A stretch of DNA of 64,000 nt from an uncultured virus (IMG/VR IMGVR_UViG_3300020438_000023) (taxonomy: Duplodnaviria; Heunggongvirae; Uroviricota; Caudoviricetes; Kyanoviridae), in the IMG/VR virus record IMGVR_UViG_3300020438_000023, positions 1 to 64,000 of that record; one strand, written 5' to 3'. Positions 28,942-39,250 of the stretch are shown here, in pieces (position 1 is the stretch's first letter; each line of letters begins with the position of its first letter). The notes beneath the pieces were generated by a model that was not told the DNA's origin, made no database searches, and saw only the letters and a program-made list of their open reading frames with translations. The translations under genes were made by a program, and so were the position numbers.

Positions 28942-31900
28942 TTAATACTCCCCACCATCGATGGTGATATTTGCTAAAGTTCTAGTCGTTCCTTCACACT
29001 CAATAATGTCGGAAGTTCCTGCACAGTCTGATATTGTTACTGATTTAGTAACAATTTTTGCATATGAATTAATAGATAATACTTCAGATGTTTCTGAGAC
29101 ATCTGATGCAATTCCAATAGATCCTAAAGAATCATCCCAGAAAATTGCTGCTTTCTTGGGAGTAGTATCATAGTAATTTAAAAGTAATCCTACATCTTTA
29201 TTTTCATCTAAAGTTGGTACTACTAATTCAAAATTTGTTACTGTACTAATACCTAAACCAATATCAATTAACTTATCTCTTAGATTAATACTATCTGATA
29301 AGATATTTGTTGTACTACCCCTTACATATAGATCTCCATTTGCTGTTAAGTGTGATGCAATTCCAACAGCACCAGTTCCATTTATTAATTCAACACACTC
29401 GACGCCATCTGCTGCATTTATTTTATTACTTCCAACTGTTAAATCCCCAGCAACGGTTGTGTTGGTTGCTGCATCCATTGTAATATTAATGGAATTATCA
29501 GATGCCCTAATTCTATCACCATTAACGCGAAGATCAGCCTCAATTTGAGTATAACCCGTCGCTAGAGTTATGTTAGTTACACCCGCACCAGATTGAATTG
29601 AATTTCCTTCAACCCTTAATGTGGAAGCAATACTAACTAATCCATCTCCAATAAAAGATATAGATAATTCCCCATTAGAATCTCTAAGTTCATTTCCATT
29701 AACTTGAATATCACCTGCAAAAATAGTGTTATTACCATTTACCATCGTGATGTTTGTTACACCACCAGCAACTAGGATATCAGAACCATCGACTTGAATA
29801 TCTCCAGCAAATCTAGTCAAATCTGCACCGGTCATGACGATATTTGGTTGACCATCAGATGCTAAAATTGTATTACTATCAATCCTAACCTCACCCTCAA
29901 ATCTTACAAGTGGGTTTCTAAAAGAAGTAAATCCTGCAGTGGAACCAATTGTAATTTGATTAGCAAGTTGAAATGCATCTACCGTTGTGGTGAAGTTATT
30001 AGCAAGACGAAGTATTCCATTTCTTACATCTATATCACTTCCTTCCATCGCAATATTGCCGGAAAATTCCGTCAAGTCACTGCCAGTGATAGTTATGTTT
30101 TCAAGACCATTTGCAGACCTAATCGCCGCTGTATCAATACCAGGAGTACCTAACTTAAGACTTCCTCTTAGGCAAGTTTCATATGTATTAAATGTTGTTA
30201 TACCAAGAGTTGATCCAATACTTAATGATCTTTGGTCATTTGTAAACATCTTGATGATATTAGGACCATCATTATAAAATTCTAAAGTTTTATTGGTTAT
30301 AGCTTCGGGATTCATACCAATGTAGATGGTATCGGAAGTGATTGGACCACCAACATATAAATTAGCATCAACCAAGAAACTATGATCAAATGGATTTAAT
30401 CTTAAACCACCAGATGCTGCATCTGGTTGGTCAACAAATACAGATCTTTTAGTGTTATTTCCAGTACTATCAGTTAATAGAACTGAATAATATTGATCTG
30501 TTACGGCAACACCAACATCAATAGCTTGTGCTCTTAAAGAAGTTGTTGCTGTTCCTAGGATATCGTCAGCAGCTGTTAAAGTTTGTATAAATGTATTATC
30601 TAGGATTGAATTATTTTGAATTTCTAAACCATTATAAAATATTGCAGTTCCCTCAAGTCCAGTATGATAAAACTCTCCTTGATTAGTTGATACTCCAGTA
30701 ATTCTGAGGTTATTTACTACTGCCTCAGTATTAATAGCAACGTTATCTACGTTTATTGTTTCTACAAATAGAGTTTTCCATGTATATGAAGCATCGCCCA
30801 AATTATAGAAATTGGGTTCAAATGGTATAATAGCACTGTTTATCTGATTGTTTAAATTTATTTTATGAGTTGAAACTCCTAGTACTCCAGATTGACCAAT
30901 ATCAATAGTTGGTGAGAAGATTTGAGTTCGACCACCAATTCCAGTACTAACTTCTAGGTCTGTACAAGAAATAATTCCTGTTGTTTGAAGTTGGCCAACT
31001 ATAAATACATCTTGTCCAAATATTGCTCCACCAGCGACTTGTAAAGCGCCAGCATTCTGTTCACCTATAGTTGAGAATCCTAAAGGATTAGATCCATTAC
31101 TTATGTAAATACTAGAATTGAAAGTAGCAATAAATGGACTTGACTGACTTATCGCCCCAAGTTCAGTATAACCTTCACTAAAATCACTAAAACTTTTGCA
31201 TTGCAATACAGTGGTGTCCGCTTCCATAAAAATGGAACCACCGGAAAGAATACTAATTTCTGGAGTTTTAAAATTTCCAAAATCTTGATAAACTGATCCT
31301 CTTAGTCCAATATCACCATTAATTGTTATTAAACCAGTTTCCGTATCGGTGGTTTGAGATATTGAAGTTCCTGCAAGACCTGGCCCAATTACTATTGGAC
31401 CTTGAACACTTGTTTTACCACCCTGAACCTCCAATATTGGTTGTACTTCACCAATTGTAGATGCAGCTCCCAGATTAAATGTATCAACACCATCAACAAA
31501 GAGTGGAAGTTTAGAAGTGATTTTTCCACCAGCACTGTTTCCAATAGAAATAGTTGTACTATTAATATCTAATGCTATTAATGTCGTTCCAATACCAACA
31601 CTGCCTTGAAGCAATGTGTTAATACCAATATTACCGCCTAATTCAACTACTCTTAATGGTATACTAAGAGCCAATGAATCCTGATACTCTATATCATTTA
31701 TTCCTTCATTTATAGTAACAGTACCACCTATAGTACTTATACCACCTACTACTAGATCACCTTCTAACTCAACACCACCACCTTGTGGTACTCCTTCTGC
31801 GTTTTGAACTTTTGAAAAAAGAGATCCGTCTCTAGACGCAACTTGGAAAGCTCTGACTATATCTGTTGTTCCTATTCCAACTGCTGGAGCTTCATCTGTA

Positions 31901-32034
31901 CCAGCATAGAGGGATGCTCCAATGGCTACAACTTGAGCGTATTCGTAATTAGAACCCGACTCAATTTCTTGACTGTGATCCTCAATTCCGATAAAAGCGG
32001 CTAACTGAGATAGTTCTCTATTGTTCCTTGCCAT
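28942..32034 (-). CDS. tail fibre-like structural protein
   Basis: Gly/Ile/Thr-rich beta repeats (FAGDIQVDG-type), VGIGTT motifs and C-terminal IDGGEY; late motif at 32059. Confidence 0.7.
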   Translation of the reverse strand: MARNNRELSQLAAFIGIEDHSQEIESGSNYEYAQVVAIGASLYAGTDEAPAVGIGTTDIVRAFQVASRDGSLFSKVQNAEGVPQGGGVELEGDLVVGGISTIGGTVTINEGINDIEYQDSLALSIPLRVVELGGNIGINTLLQGSVGIGTTLIALDINSTTISIGNSAGGKITSKLPLFVDGVDTFNLGAASTIGEVQPILEVQGGKTSVQGPIVIGPGLAGTSISQTTDTETGLITINGDIGLRGSVYQDFGNFKTPEISILSGGSIFMEADTTVLQCKSFSDFSEGYTELGAISQSSPFIATFNSSIYISNGSNPLGFSTIGEQNAGALQVAGGAIFGQDVFIVGQLQTTGIISCTDLEVSTGIGGRTQIFSPTIDIGQSGVLGVSTHKINLNNQINSAIIPFEPNFYNLGDASYTWKTLFVETINVDNVAINTEAVVNNLRITGVSTNQGEFYHTGLEGTAIFYNGLEIQNNSILDNTFIQTLTAADDILGTATTSLRAQAIDVGVAVTDQYYSVLLTDSTGNNTKRSVFVDQPDAASGGLRLNPFDHSFLVDANLYVGGPITSDTIYIGMNPEAITNKTLEFYNDGPNIIKMFTNDQRSLSIGSTLGITTFNTYETCLRGSLKLGTPGIDTAAIRSANGLENITITGSDLTEFSGNIAMEGSDIDVRNGILRLANNFTTTVDAFQLANQITIGSTAGFTSFRNPLVRFEGEVRIDSNTILASDGQPNIVMTGADLTRFAGDIQVDGSDILVAGGVTNITMVNGNNTIFAGDIQVNGNELRDSNGELSISFIGDGLVSIASTLRVEGNSIQSGAGVTNITLATGYTQIEADLRVNGDRIRASDNSINITMDAATNTTVAGDLTVGSNKINAADGVECVELINGTGAVGIASHLTANGDLYVRGSTTNILSDSINLRDKLIDIGLGISTVTNFELVVPTLDENKDVGLLLNYYDTTPKKAAIFWDDSLGSIGIASDVSETSEVLSINSYAKIVTKSVTISDCAGTSDIIECEGTTRTLANITIDGGEY

Positions 32035-32064
32035 GTTGGTAGAGTCTTCCTATGTTTGTATTTA

Positions 32065-32400
32065 TCAGATAGATACTGTAAATATAGTTCCATCAGTATT
32101 TACACTGACTCTATATTGAGTTCCCGTAGAATCAGTCAAGATTAATCCTTTAGAAGTGTCTACGCCAACTCTTGCGTCACCATTAATGTCCAGATTTACT
32201 GTAGGTTGAGTGCTACCAATACCTACAGAATACCCAGTTCCTACAATAATGTCTGACTGAACTTTCCCACCAACTGTAACGTCTGTGCTGATTGCGACAG
32301 TTGGTGCATTTAAATTTAAAGTAGTTGGACTAGTTACTTTTGAAGAACCAGAAGAACTAATTAAATTTATTTTTTTTACACCAAAATCCTTATCTGCCAT
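32065..32400 (-). CDS. hypothetical structural protein
   Basis: 111-aa ORF with the VGIGSTQP fibre motif and its own late motif at 32413. Confidence 0.7.
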   Translation of the reverse strand: MADKDFGVKKINLISSSGSSKVTSPTTLNLNAPTVAISTDVTVGGKVQSDIIVGTGYSVGIGSTQPTVNLDINGDARVGVDTSKGLILTDSTGTQYRVSVNTDGTIFTVSI

Positions 32401-32415
32401 GGGTTTTTTAGTTAT

Positions 32416-34344
32416 TTATGATATTTGAAATGATATACCTTCAATTTGTACATTTTCTATTGAGGATGCATCATCATTAGCATATGGATTATAAAGAACG
32501 CGAGAATCTGCACCTCTTAAATTATATGATCCAGTCCAATATGCAGTGTCGGTGTCGTCACTATATGGACTCCACCATCCGTCGCCAGAATTAGAATCAA
32601 TAGTTTGTGGTAATAATGTACCATTATCTTTAATCCAATTTTTTACATCTCTAGATGTTGCTGTTGGTCTTACTTGTAAATATAACGCAATAATACCAGT
32701 GACGACTGGAGCAGCTGCAGATGTTCCATTGAAGTATGCGTCATAAAATCTAGAATCATCATATCTTTCATAGTCATCATATCCACCACCAGAGAAATCC
32801 CCTCCTGCAGCTAAGGTTTCATCTGCTGGAGACCAGATATCAATACCAGGACCATTATTTGAATAAGTTGCTTGATATTCTGCACCACCAGTTGTTACAC
32901 TATCTTCTATTGCACCAACACAAACCACTGGATGAAAATCCTTATCGGATTCAAATCCAATACCTTGTGGATTCATCCAGTCTCTATGATTGCATGGACA
33001 AGTAATTCCTGGAAACTCTGACCTGGGATCACCAGAAAAGAACCTATGATCTTCCATATAGTTTAAACGATCTACATCATCCGCACCAACTCCAAGTCTT
33101 TGATTATTATTTCCTGATGCAGCAACATAAATTACTCCAGTTTGTATCAGTTCATCTGCTGCAGTATCTGTTGATGAAGATCTTGATGATGTTGACCAAG
33201 ATCTATATTCACCGGTAACTTGATTATTAAGACCATCCTTCATCGCAGTAACTTGATCAGTAACTGCTGCATCACCAGAAAATGATCCAGTAGATCCTCT
33301 AAATTTATAATCAACCAAATCAGTAGATTCAAAGGCCGCTTGATATCCCCAACTTCCATTAACCACGGTTGGATTTTTTCTACCAATTTCTGGGTTAACT
33401 GGTTTCAAACGTTGCCAAAGTTTCATCGCATCATAATTAGTTTCAGGACCCATTGAAACATTATCACTAATACCAGGCATATTCCAAATATTTGCTTCAA
33501 AAGCATTACCAAAGTTTTTACCTGCTGCTAAAGATGCACATGCAGTTCCATGACCACTACTTAAACTATTAGTTCCATCTAAAGATCCACCCATAGATCT
33601 TGCTTCGGTATAATTTGATGATACTGAAATAGTTCCTTCTGATTGGAATTGTGCAGATCTATTTGAACTATTTGTCCACCATCCTCTTGATTCTACTTCT
33701 GATCCTGTTACTCTACCATCTGCTCTTGTAGTTGTATAACCATTAGAGATAAAGTAATCTGGGTCGATATAATACGGACCATCAAGAATAATATCTCTCA
33801 CTCTTGACTGACCATTTGCATCCATAAACTCTGGATGATATTGTAAAACTCCAGAATCATGAATAACAACATCTACATTTTTACCAGTAAGGTTGTATGA
33901 TACATCTTTTGTTACTAAATTAACCGCACCAAGGTTATCGGTAAAAAATTCTCCACTTTTTCTAACTGTTGGTCTTGCTACACCCCAATTAGATCTATCC
34001 AATTCATCAGAACTTGGACTTGTAGTTGGTATGGATTGAGAAACTAAATCCCGATAGAACTTTACATTTTTCTTAAATCTTTTTGTAGCGAGATCTGGTT
34101 TTGGATATGATTCTGGATTATCTGTAGGAGACAACTCAATCCACTTAATGTGAGGATGTACAGCAATCTCTGCTGCTTCATCTTCTGTTAATTCGTAGGT
34201 TCCTCTAGTAGGACTATGATTTTTAGAATCAGAGCATGTAACCTGTCTATCTGGAATATTATCTTGATTAGAATCTACAATTAAAGCATCATGAATCTCG
34301 GACCAATAGTCTGGACTCGTAACAGCTAAGGTGTATTTTTTCAT
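32416..34344 (-). CDS. subtilisin-like (S8) serine protease
   Basis: Catalytic triad motifs VDVVIHDSG (Asp), GHGTACAS (His) and NGTSAAAP (Ser); oxyanion AASGN; N-terminal propeptide-like region. Confidence 0.9.
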   Translation of the reverse strand: MKKYTLAVTSPDYWSEIHDALIVDSNQDNIPDRQVTCSDSKNHSPTRGTYELTEDEAAEIAVHPHIKWIELSPTDNPESYPKPDLATKRFKKNVKFYRDLVSQSIPTTSPSSDELDRSNWGVARPTVRKSGEFFTDNLGAVNLVTKDVSYNLTGKNVDVVIHDSGVLQYHPEFMDANGQSRVRDIILDGPYYIDPDYFISNGYTTTRADGRVTGSEVESRGWWTNSSNRSAQFQSEGTISVSSNYTEARSMGGSLDGTNSLSSGHGTACASLAAGKNFGNAFEANIWNMPGISDNVSMGPETNYDAMKLWQRLKPVNPEIGRKNPTVVNGSWGYQAAFESTDLVDYKFRGSTGSFSGDAAVTDQVTAMKDGLNNQVTGEYRSWSTSSRSSSTDTAADELIQTGVIYVAASGNNNQRLGVGADDVDRLNYMEDHRFFSGDPRSEFPGITCPCNHRDWMNPQGIGFESDKDFHPVVCVGAIEDSVTTGGAEYQATYSNNGPGIDIWSPADETLAAGGDFSGGGYDDYERYDDSRFYDAYFNGTSAAAPVVTGIIALYLQVRPTATSRDVKNWIKDNGTLLPQTIDSNSGDGWWSPYSDDTDTAYWTGSYNLRGADSRVLYNPYANDDASSIENVQIEGISFQIS

Positions 34345-36257
34345 CAGATCATTGTCTCCCTAGTAAATCTATATGTAACGATACCGTTGACTCCACTTTC
34401 TGGTGTCCACCAAAGTTCTACATTACCAGATTTAACTGTTGCGCCGACAGAAACTAGAAGATCACTACTATACATAATTGCATATTCCTGGGAATATGCT
34501 GTGGAGTCATTATCCATAACAAGAATTTTTTGAGATTGAATTCCTGATGAATGTTGGAAGAATAATGTATACTCTGAATTTACAAAGTCTGTAGATGTGT
34601 ATGTATTTGCAGTATATGCAATACCAGCAGAAGCAGTAAATGATCCAGATCCAGTTTCAATACCATAAACATTATTTACTTGGATAGAAGTTATTGGATT
34701 GGTTGTACCAAAACCAACATGAGATGATGTAGTGTGGATACCTGCATTTGTTTGTTGATCACTAAACTTACCACCACCAGAACCACCACCACTAATTCCA
34801 GTCAGTGCAGAACCATCAATTGCAGGTAAAGCACCAGTAAGTTGACCCGAAGGAAGACTTGTCAGACCAGCACCAGAACCACTAAATGATGATGCAGTTA
34901 TAATTCCACTTATTGATACATTACCACCAGTGTCTCTATTGACTAACTCTAACCAATTACCAGCGTGTGCAAAATATCCTTTGCCTTCTGAGTGAACATG
35001 AGCAAACATACCATGATATGACGCTGCACTCGGTAATGCTGCTAGATTAGCATATAAAGAAGGTATTTTGTTTTCACCTGATGATGCTTCAATTATACCA
35101 CCGAAAGTAGATACTCCTGATACGGAAGCATTAGTAAGTGCGGTAAGACCACTTATACTTACATTAGCAGTTGTGCTAATTCCTGCTGCAGTTCCACTCC
35201 AAGCATATGCAGTTCTTACCGTAACAACACCTGCCGAAATTGGTTCTATAGTAAACCCTTCAACAAAACTAATTGTTGCTGCAGTACCTACTGATGCTCC
35301 ATCATTTTGAATTTCTACACCAGTTCCTGTAGATGTAATATTTGTAAGTCCAGATCCATCTCCACTGTATTGTGCTGCGGTGAGAATTCCAAGAATTCTT
35401 ACATCGTTGAACGTGCTTGTTCCTACAGTATTAATTCCACTATTAATTTCTACGGTTACTCCTTCGCTACTGGTAAATACTGTCGCAGAATTTCCAGTAA
35501 AATCTATATCGCTTGTAGCAGCACTTACAATATTATTTTTATCTCTAACAGTAAGACTTCCAGATCCACCTCCACCTGTTCCATAAACAGTAACACCAGC
35601 ACCAGAACCAACTGCAGTAATAGCAACTCCAATAAAGTTTATAGAATTAACCCCGTTTGGATTACCTACTATTACTCCTTCTTCTTGAATGGTAACACCA
35701 AGGATACCGGTATTACCTCCGCCAACTGCTGCTGGATTATATGCGGCTACTTCAACAATATCTCCATCAAAGCACTCTTGATTTACTGAAAAATTAACTC
35801 CATTGTTTGCAATATAATCAGAAACATCAGATGCACCGTCTCCCCTTAATTTTACACCATTGATGTATACATCAAGGAACCCAATATTATATGCATAAGT
35901 AAATGTTGTTTGATTATCTGTAGCAATAAAAGTTTGCTGTGCTCTGACTGTGGTAGGGAAAGATGCCCACTCTACGCCACTACCAGTAGATCTCAAGTAT
36001 TGTCCTGGCGCACCGGTGGTATCACCAATAGTTACATTTGCTCCAGTAAACTGAACTTGATTAAATGTTGATATTCCACTAGCTCTTAAATTTCTGGTTG
36101 CACTAAAATCAGTACATCCGATAGATCCAATTACTCTGAGTTCTACATCAGGAAATATCGTACCTATACCAACTTTATTTGCATCTGAATCGACGTATAG
36201 AGTATTTTCGTCAACCTCTAAACCGTTCTTTACAACAAAATTCTTCTGAATAGCCAA
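34344..36257 (-). CDS. tail fibre-like structural protein (TTG start)
   Basis: AIQKNFVVKNGLEV N-terminus, VGIGT, DVYINGVKL module and His-rich YHGMFAHVH module; TATAAATA at 36292-36299. Confidence 0.75.
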   Translation of the reverse strand: MAIQKNFVVKNGLEVDENTLYVDSDANKVGIGTIFPDVELRVIGSIGCTDFSATRNLRASGISTFNQVQFTGANVTIGDTTGAPGQYLRSTGSGVEWASFPTTVRAQQTFIATDNQTTFTYAYNIGFLDVYINGVKLRGDGASDVSDYIANNGVNFSVNQECFDGDIVEVAAYNPAAVGGGNTGILGVTIQEEGVIVGNPNGVNSINFIGVAITAVGSGAGVTVYGTGGGGSGSLTVRDKNNIVSAATSDIDFTGNSATVFTSSEGVTVEINSGINTVGTSTFNDVRILGILTAAQYSGDGSGLTNITSTGTGVEIQNDGASVGTAATISFVEGFTIEPISAGVVTVRTAYAWSGTAAGISTTANVSISGLTALTNASVSGVSTFGGIIEASSGENKIPSLYANLAALPSAASYHGMFAHVHSEGKGYFAHAGNWLELVNRDTGGNVSISGIITASSFSGSGAGLTSLPSGQLTGALPAIDGSALTGISGGGSGGGKFSDQQTNAGIHTTSSHVGFGTTNPITSIQVNNVYGIETGSGSFTASAGIAYTANTYTSTDFVNSEYTLFFQHSSGIQSQKILVMDNDSTAYSQEYAIMYSSDLLVSVGATVKSGNVELWWTPESGVNGIVTYRFTRETMI

Positions 36258-36299
36258 GGTTCACTATCCCCTTACTGATTTTAGTTTTAGTTATTTATA

Positions 36300-38729
36300 T
36301 CAAGTAGAGGCGTGATAAGCAGACCACTCAGCGAATACACTGAACTCATCGTTCGTATCATGAACAATCTTGAATTCTACAATATCAAAAGCATTTGATG
36401 AACCTGTTGTCGTACCAACTGGTTGAGCACCATTTCTCCAAAGATAGTTTGTTGGTGTCTGACCATTAACTTTAAGCACAACGTTACCAGTGTCCCAGTC
36501 ATTGGCAGCATCAGTAAATGTGATTAAAGTTGCTCTCACCATATATTTGCTATTTGTTGGAAGACCAGCGAGTTCAATATTCTCTATTCCGTTACTAGCC
36601 TCGCCACCAATTACGGAAGGTGCCGTAGCAAAGTCCCAATATAATGTATCTGTTGAACCACTAGTAAATGCTACACCAGTAATATTATTAAAGTCTCCTG
36701 CATTTCTTAAACTAGTATCAGGATCTAATTCATCATAAACAAATCCAGTGAATGTTGAAAGTCCTGCTCTAAGAGTAAGCGTATTGAGATTTCCTGCAAC
36801 ATCTACAGACTTGTTAGCATCGATATTCGCGGAGAATGTAGCAGTTTCAGCAACATTAAGAACATCTAACTCAGTAGTTCCGTCAACATCAAGATCTCCA
36901 TCAAGTTCAACTCTAGAAGCAAAAGTTGTTACTCCAGCAATACTTACATTATCAAGATTGGTATGACCATCAACATCTAAGTCAGCATCGGCGTCAATGT
37001 TACCTGCAAAAGTTGTTACTCCAGCAATACTTACGTTATCTAAGTTTGTATGCCCATCTACATCTAGTTCTACAAAGTCACCATTTCCAATAAATGTTGT
37101 TGCTGTTACAACACCAGCAATACTCACATTATCAAGATTGGTATGACCATCTACATCCAAATCTGCTTGAGCAGTAATGTTACCAGATATCGTAAGTCCT
37201 GTTAGAGTACCAACCGAAGTAATGTTTGGTTGTGCTGCTGTATCAACTTCTCCAGACAAACTACCAGTGAATGTGGTTGCTGTAATAGCCCCACCAACAG
37301 TTACATTATCTAAGTTGGTATGACCATCAACATCTAGGTCTCCAGTTATATCTAAATTAACACCAACTGCAAGGGTAGATCCATTGAAGGTTAGATTGGC
37401 ATCGTCCTCAAGTTCACCACCAGTTCCAGCAATAATAACACGGTTATCTGTTAGATCTTCTACCTTGAAAGTATTTGCTTGTCCACCAGCATTAATATCA
37501 AGTAAACCTGAAGTTGTAGTTACACCAGCAATACTCACATTATCAAGATTGGTATGACCATCTACATCTAGTTCTACAAAGTCACCATTTCCAACAAATG
37601 TTGTTGCTGTTACAACACCAGCAATACTTACGTTATCGAGATTTGTGTGACCATCGACATCTAAGTCAGCATTAGCGTCAATGTTACCTGTGAAAGTTGT
37701 TACTCCAACAATACTTACATTTCTAAGATCTGTTTGTCCAGTTACATCAAGTTCCGTTAGTGTACCAAGTTTGGTTATACTAGTTTGTTCCGCAGTATTA
37801 ATCGATCCAGCTAGATTACCGGTAAATGTAGTGGCAGTGATAGCACCAGAAACATTTACATTATCAAGATTGGTATGACCATCTACATCTAAATCTCCAC
37901 CGATTGTAGCAGCACCACTAACTTGAACTCCTGCAAGTGTTCCTACATTTTGAAGAGAAGAGTTAGTTACAGCCGAACCTACAGTCGTTGATGAAAGAAC
38001 ATCTGTTCCATTAATTTTAAAAGTCTTACTAGCAGCAAGATCAATATTCTCGGAGAACGTCCAAGAATCTGTAGAGTCAACCCAATTAATTGTTTTATTT
38101 CCTTCTCCAGATTCTAGTGTAATACCACCACCATCAGAAGATGCGTCGGTAAGGGATCCACTAGCAAGAATAATATTTTTATCGTCTACAGTTAAAGTAG
38201 TTGAGTTTACGGTTGTTGTATCTCCATCTACTTGAAGATCGCCATTGATTACAACTGTTCCTGTGTTTGTCCCAATACCTGCAGGATCAATTGTAATTGT
38301 TGCTGGACCACTAATTGTGTTTGAAGATATCCTAATATCGGATCCTTCCGTTCCTGTTGATAATAATGCTGCTGTTAAAATTCCAGTAGCATTTAATGTA
38401 TTAGTTTCTGTATGGCCTAATATATCAATGTTTCCGTTTAAATCAATATTAGATCCAAAAGTAGAGATACCACTTACATTTAGACTTGCAAAATCATTTG
38501 GTGCAAGAACAATAGCAGCTTCTATTGTTGCAGTTGTGGTTGCATCTAAGTCGATGATATTTTTTAATTCAAACCCTGAACTAACAACCTCTGTTACTCC
38601 AATCGAAACAGAATCGCCAGCAAGAGATCCCGATGCAGTAATTATACCTGAAATAACGACACCCTTATCAAAAACTGGGGCACCATTACCATCTCTATTT
38701 CTTATAGTATCAACGAATAGCTGGGACAT
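36300..38729 (-). CDS. repeat-rich tail fibre protein
   Basis: GDLQVDGDTTTVNSTTLTVDDKNIIL fibre motif and multiple LDVDGHTNLDNV repeats; adjacent to a fibre-assembly chaperone gene. Confidence 0.8.
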   Translation of the reverse strand: MSQLFVDTIRNRDGNGAPVFDKGVVISGIITASGSLAGDSVSIGVTEVVSSGFELKNIIDLDATTTATIEAAIVLAPNDFASLNVSGISTFGSNIDLNGNIDILGHTETNTLNATGILTAALLSTGTEGSDIRISSNTISGPATITIDPAGIGTNTGTVVINGDLQVDGDTTTVNSTTLTVDDKNIILASGSLTDASSDGGGITLESGEGNKTINWVDSTDSWTFSENIDLAASKTFKINGTDVLSSTTVGSAVTNSSLQNVGTLAGVQVSGAATIGGDLDVDGHTNLDNVNVSGAITATTFTGNLAGSINTAEQTSITKLGTLTELDVTGQTDLRNVSIVGVTTFTGNIDANADLDVDGHTNLDNVSIAGVVTATTFVGNGDFVELDVDGHTNLDNVSIAGVTTTSGLLDINAGGQANTFKVEDLTDNRVIIAGTGGELEDDANLTFNGSTLAVGVNLDITGDLDVDGHTNLDNVTVGGAITATTFTGSLSGEVDTAAQPNITSVGTLTGLTISGNITAQADLDVDGHTNLDNVSIAGVVTATTFIGNGDFVELDVDGHTNLDNVSIAGVTTFAGNIDADADLDVDGHTNLDNVSIAGVTTFASRVELDGDLDVDGTTELDVLNVAETATFSANIDANKSVDVAGNLNTLTLRAGLSTFTGFVYDELDPDTSLRNAGDFNNITGVAFTSGSTDTLYWDFATAPSVIGGEASNGIENIELAGLPTNSKYMVRATLITFTDAANDWDTGNVVLKVNGQTPTNYLWRNGAQPVGTTTGSSNAFDIVEFKIVHDTNDEFSVFAEWSAYHAST
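36860..37900 (-). repeat. intragenic repeats: 7 exact LDVDGHTNLDNV copies plus 2 degenerate copies
   Basis: Counted in the translation. Includes an ~80-nt near-identical direct repeat at ~37054-37133 and ~37558-37637. Confidence 0.9.
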
Positions 38730-38752
38730 TCTCGTCTTTTTCTAGTATGTCT

Positions 38753-39238
38753 TTATTTAGTAGGGCTAGGCTCAATTGGCCACCGAACATTCCATGGATA
38801 TTCTTTTTGTGATGGTATATCTCTTAATTTTTCTCTATAGTCCAAAAATCCTTGTATAAATTCATCAGAATAGCGTTCATTCTCACGGACATCATACATC
38901 ATAGTCCAATCACTTCCTCTTAATTTTTCATCTCGCAATCTTTTAATTTCGAGTTTTTTTAATTCTGTAGATTTTTCAATCTCTTCTGCAGACATTGCCC
39001 CTGTTTCCCAAGTCTGCATAAAAATTCCATCAGAATTTCTTACAGGAACAGTTTCTTCAACTTTAAAATGTCTTCCCGGAATTGGAGGTTTTGTATATTG
39101 ATATAAACCATAACCAAAAGGTTCTACACAATCTGTAGTTAGAGATCTAGGAAAGGATGTATTGTTGTACAGTTTTCTAAAGTTTTTTTCATCAATAGGA
39201 TTTCCAACAGGGATTCCATTTTCTAATTTTACTAACAT
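38753..39238 (-). CDS. tail fibre assembly chaperone
   Basis: C-terminal IKRLRDEKLRGSDWT...YREKLRDIPSQ..YP.NV.WP..P matches the phage tail assembly chaperone pattern. Confidence 0.82.
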   Translation of the reverse strand: MLVKLENGIPVGNPIDEKNFRKLYNNTSFPRSLTTDCVEPFGYGLYQYTKPPIPGRHFKVEETVPVRNSDGIFMQTWETGAMSAEEIEKSTELKKLEIKRLRDEKLRGSDWTMMYDVRENERYSDEFIQGFLDYREKLRDIPSQKEYPWNVRWPIEPSPTK

Positions 39239-39250
39239 TTAAAATCTCTA

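Noticed and set aside
36860..37900. Repeats considered as a CRISPR array or DGR template/variable repeat pair
   Set aside because: They are in-frame coding repeats with mostly synonymous variation and irregular spacing; there is no cas or reverse transcriptase gene in the window.
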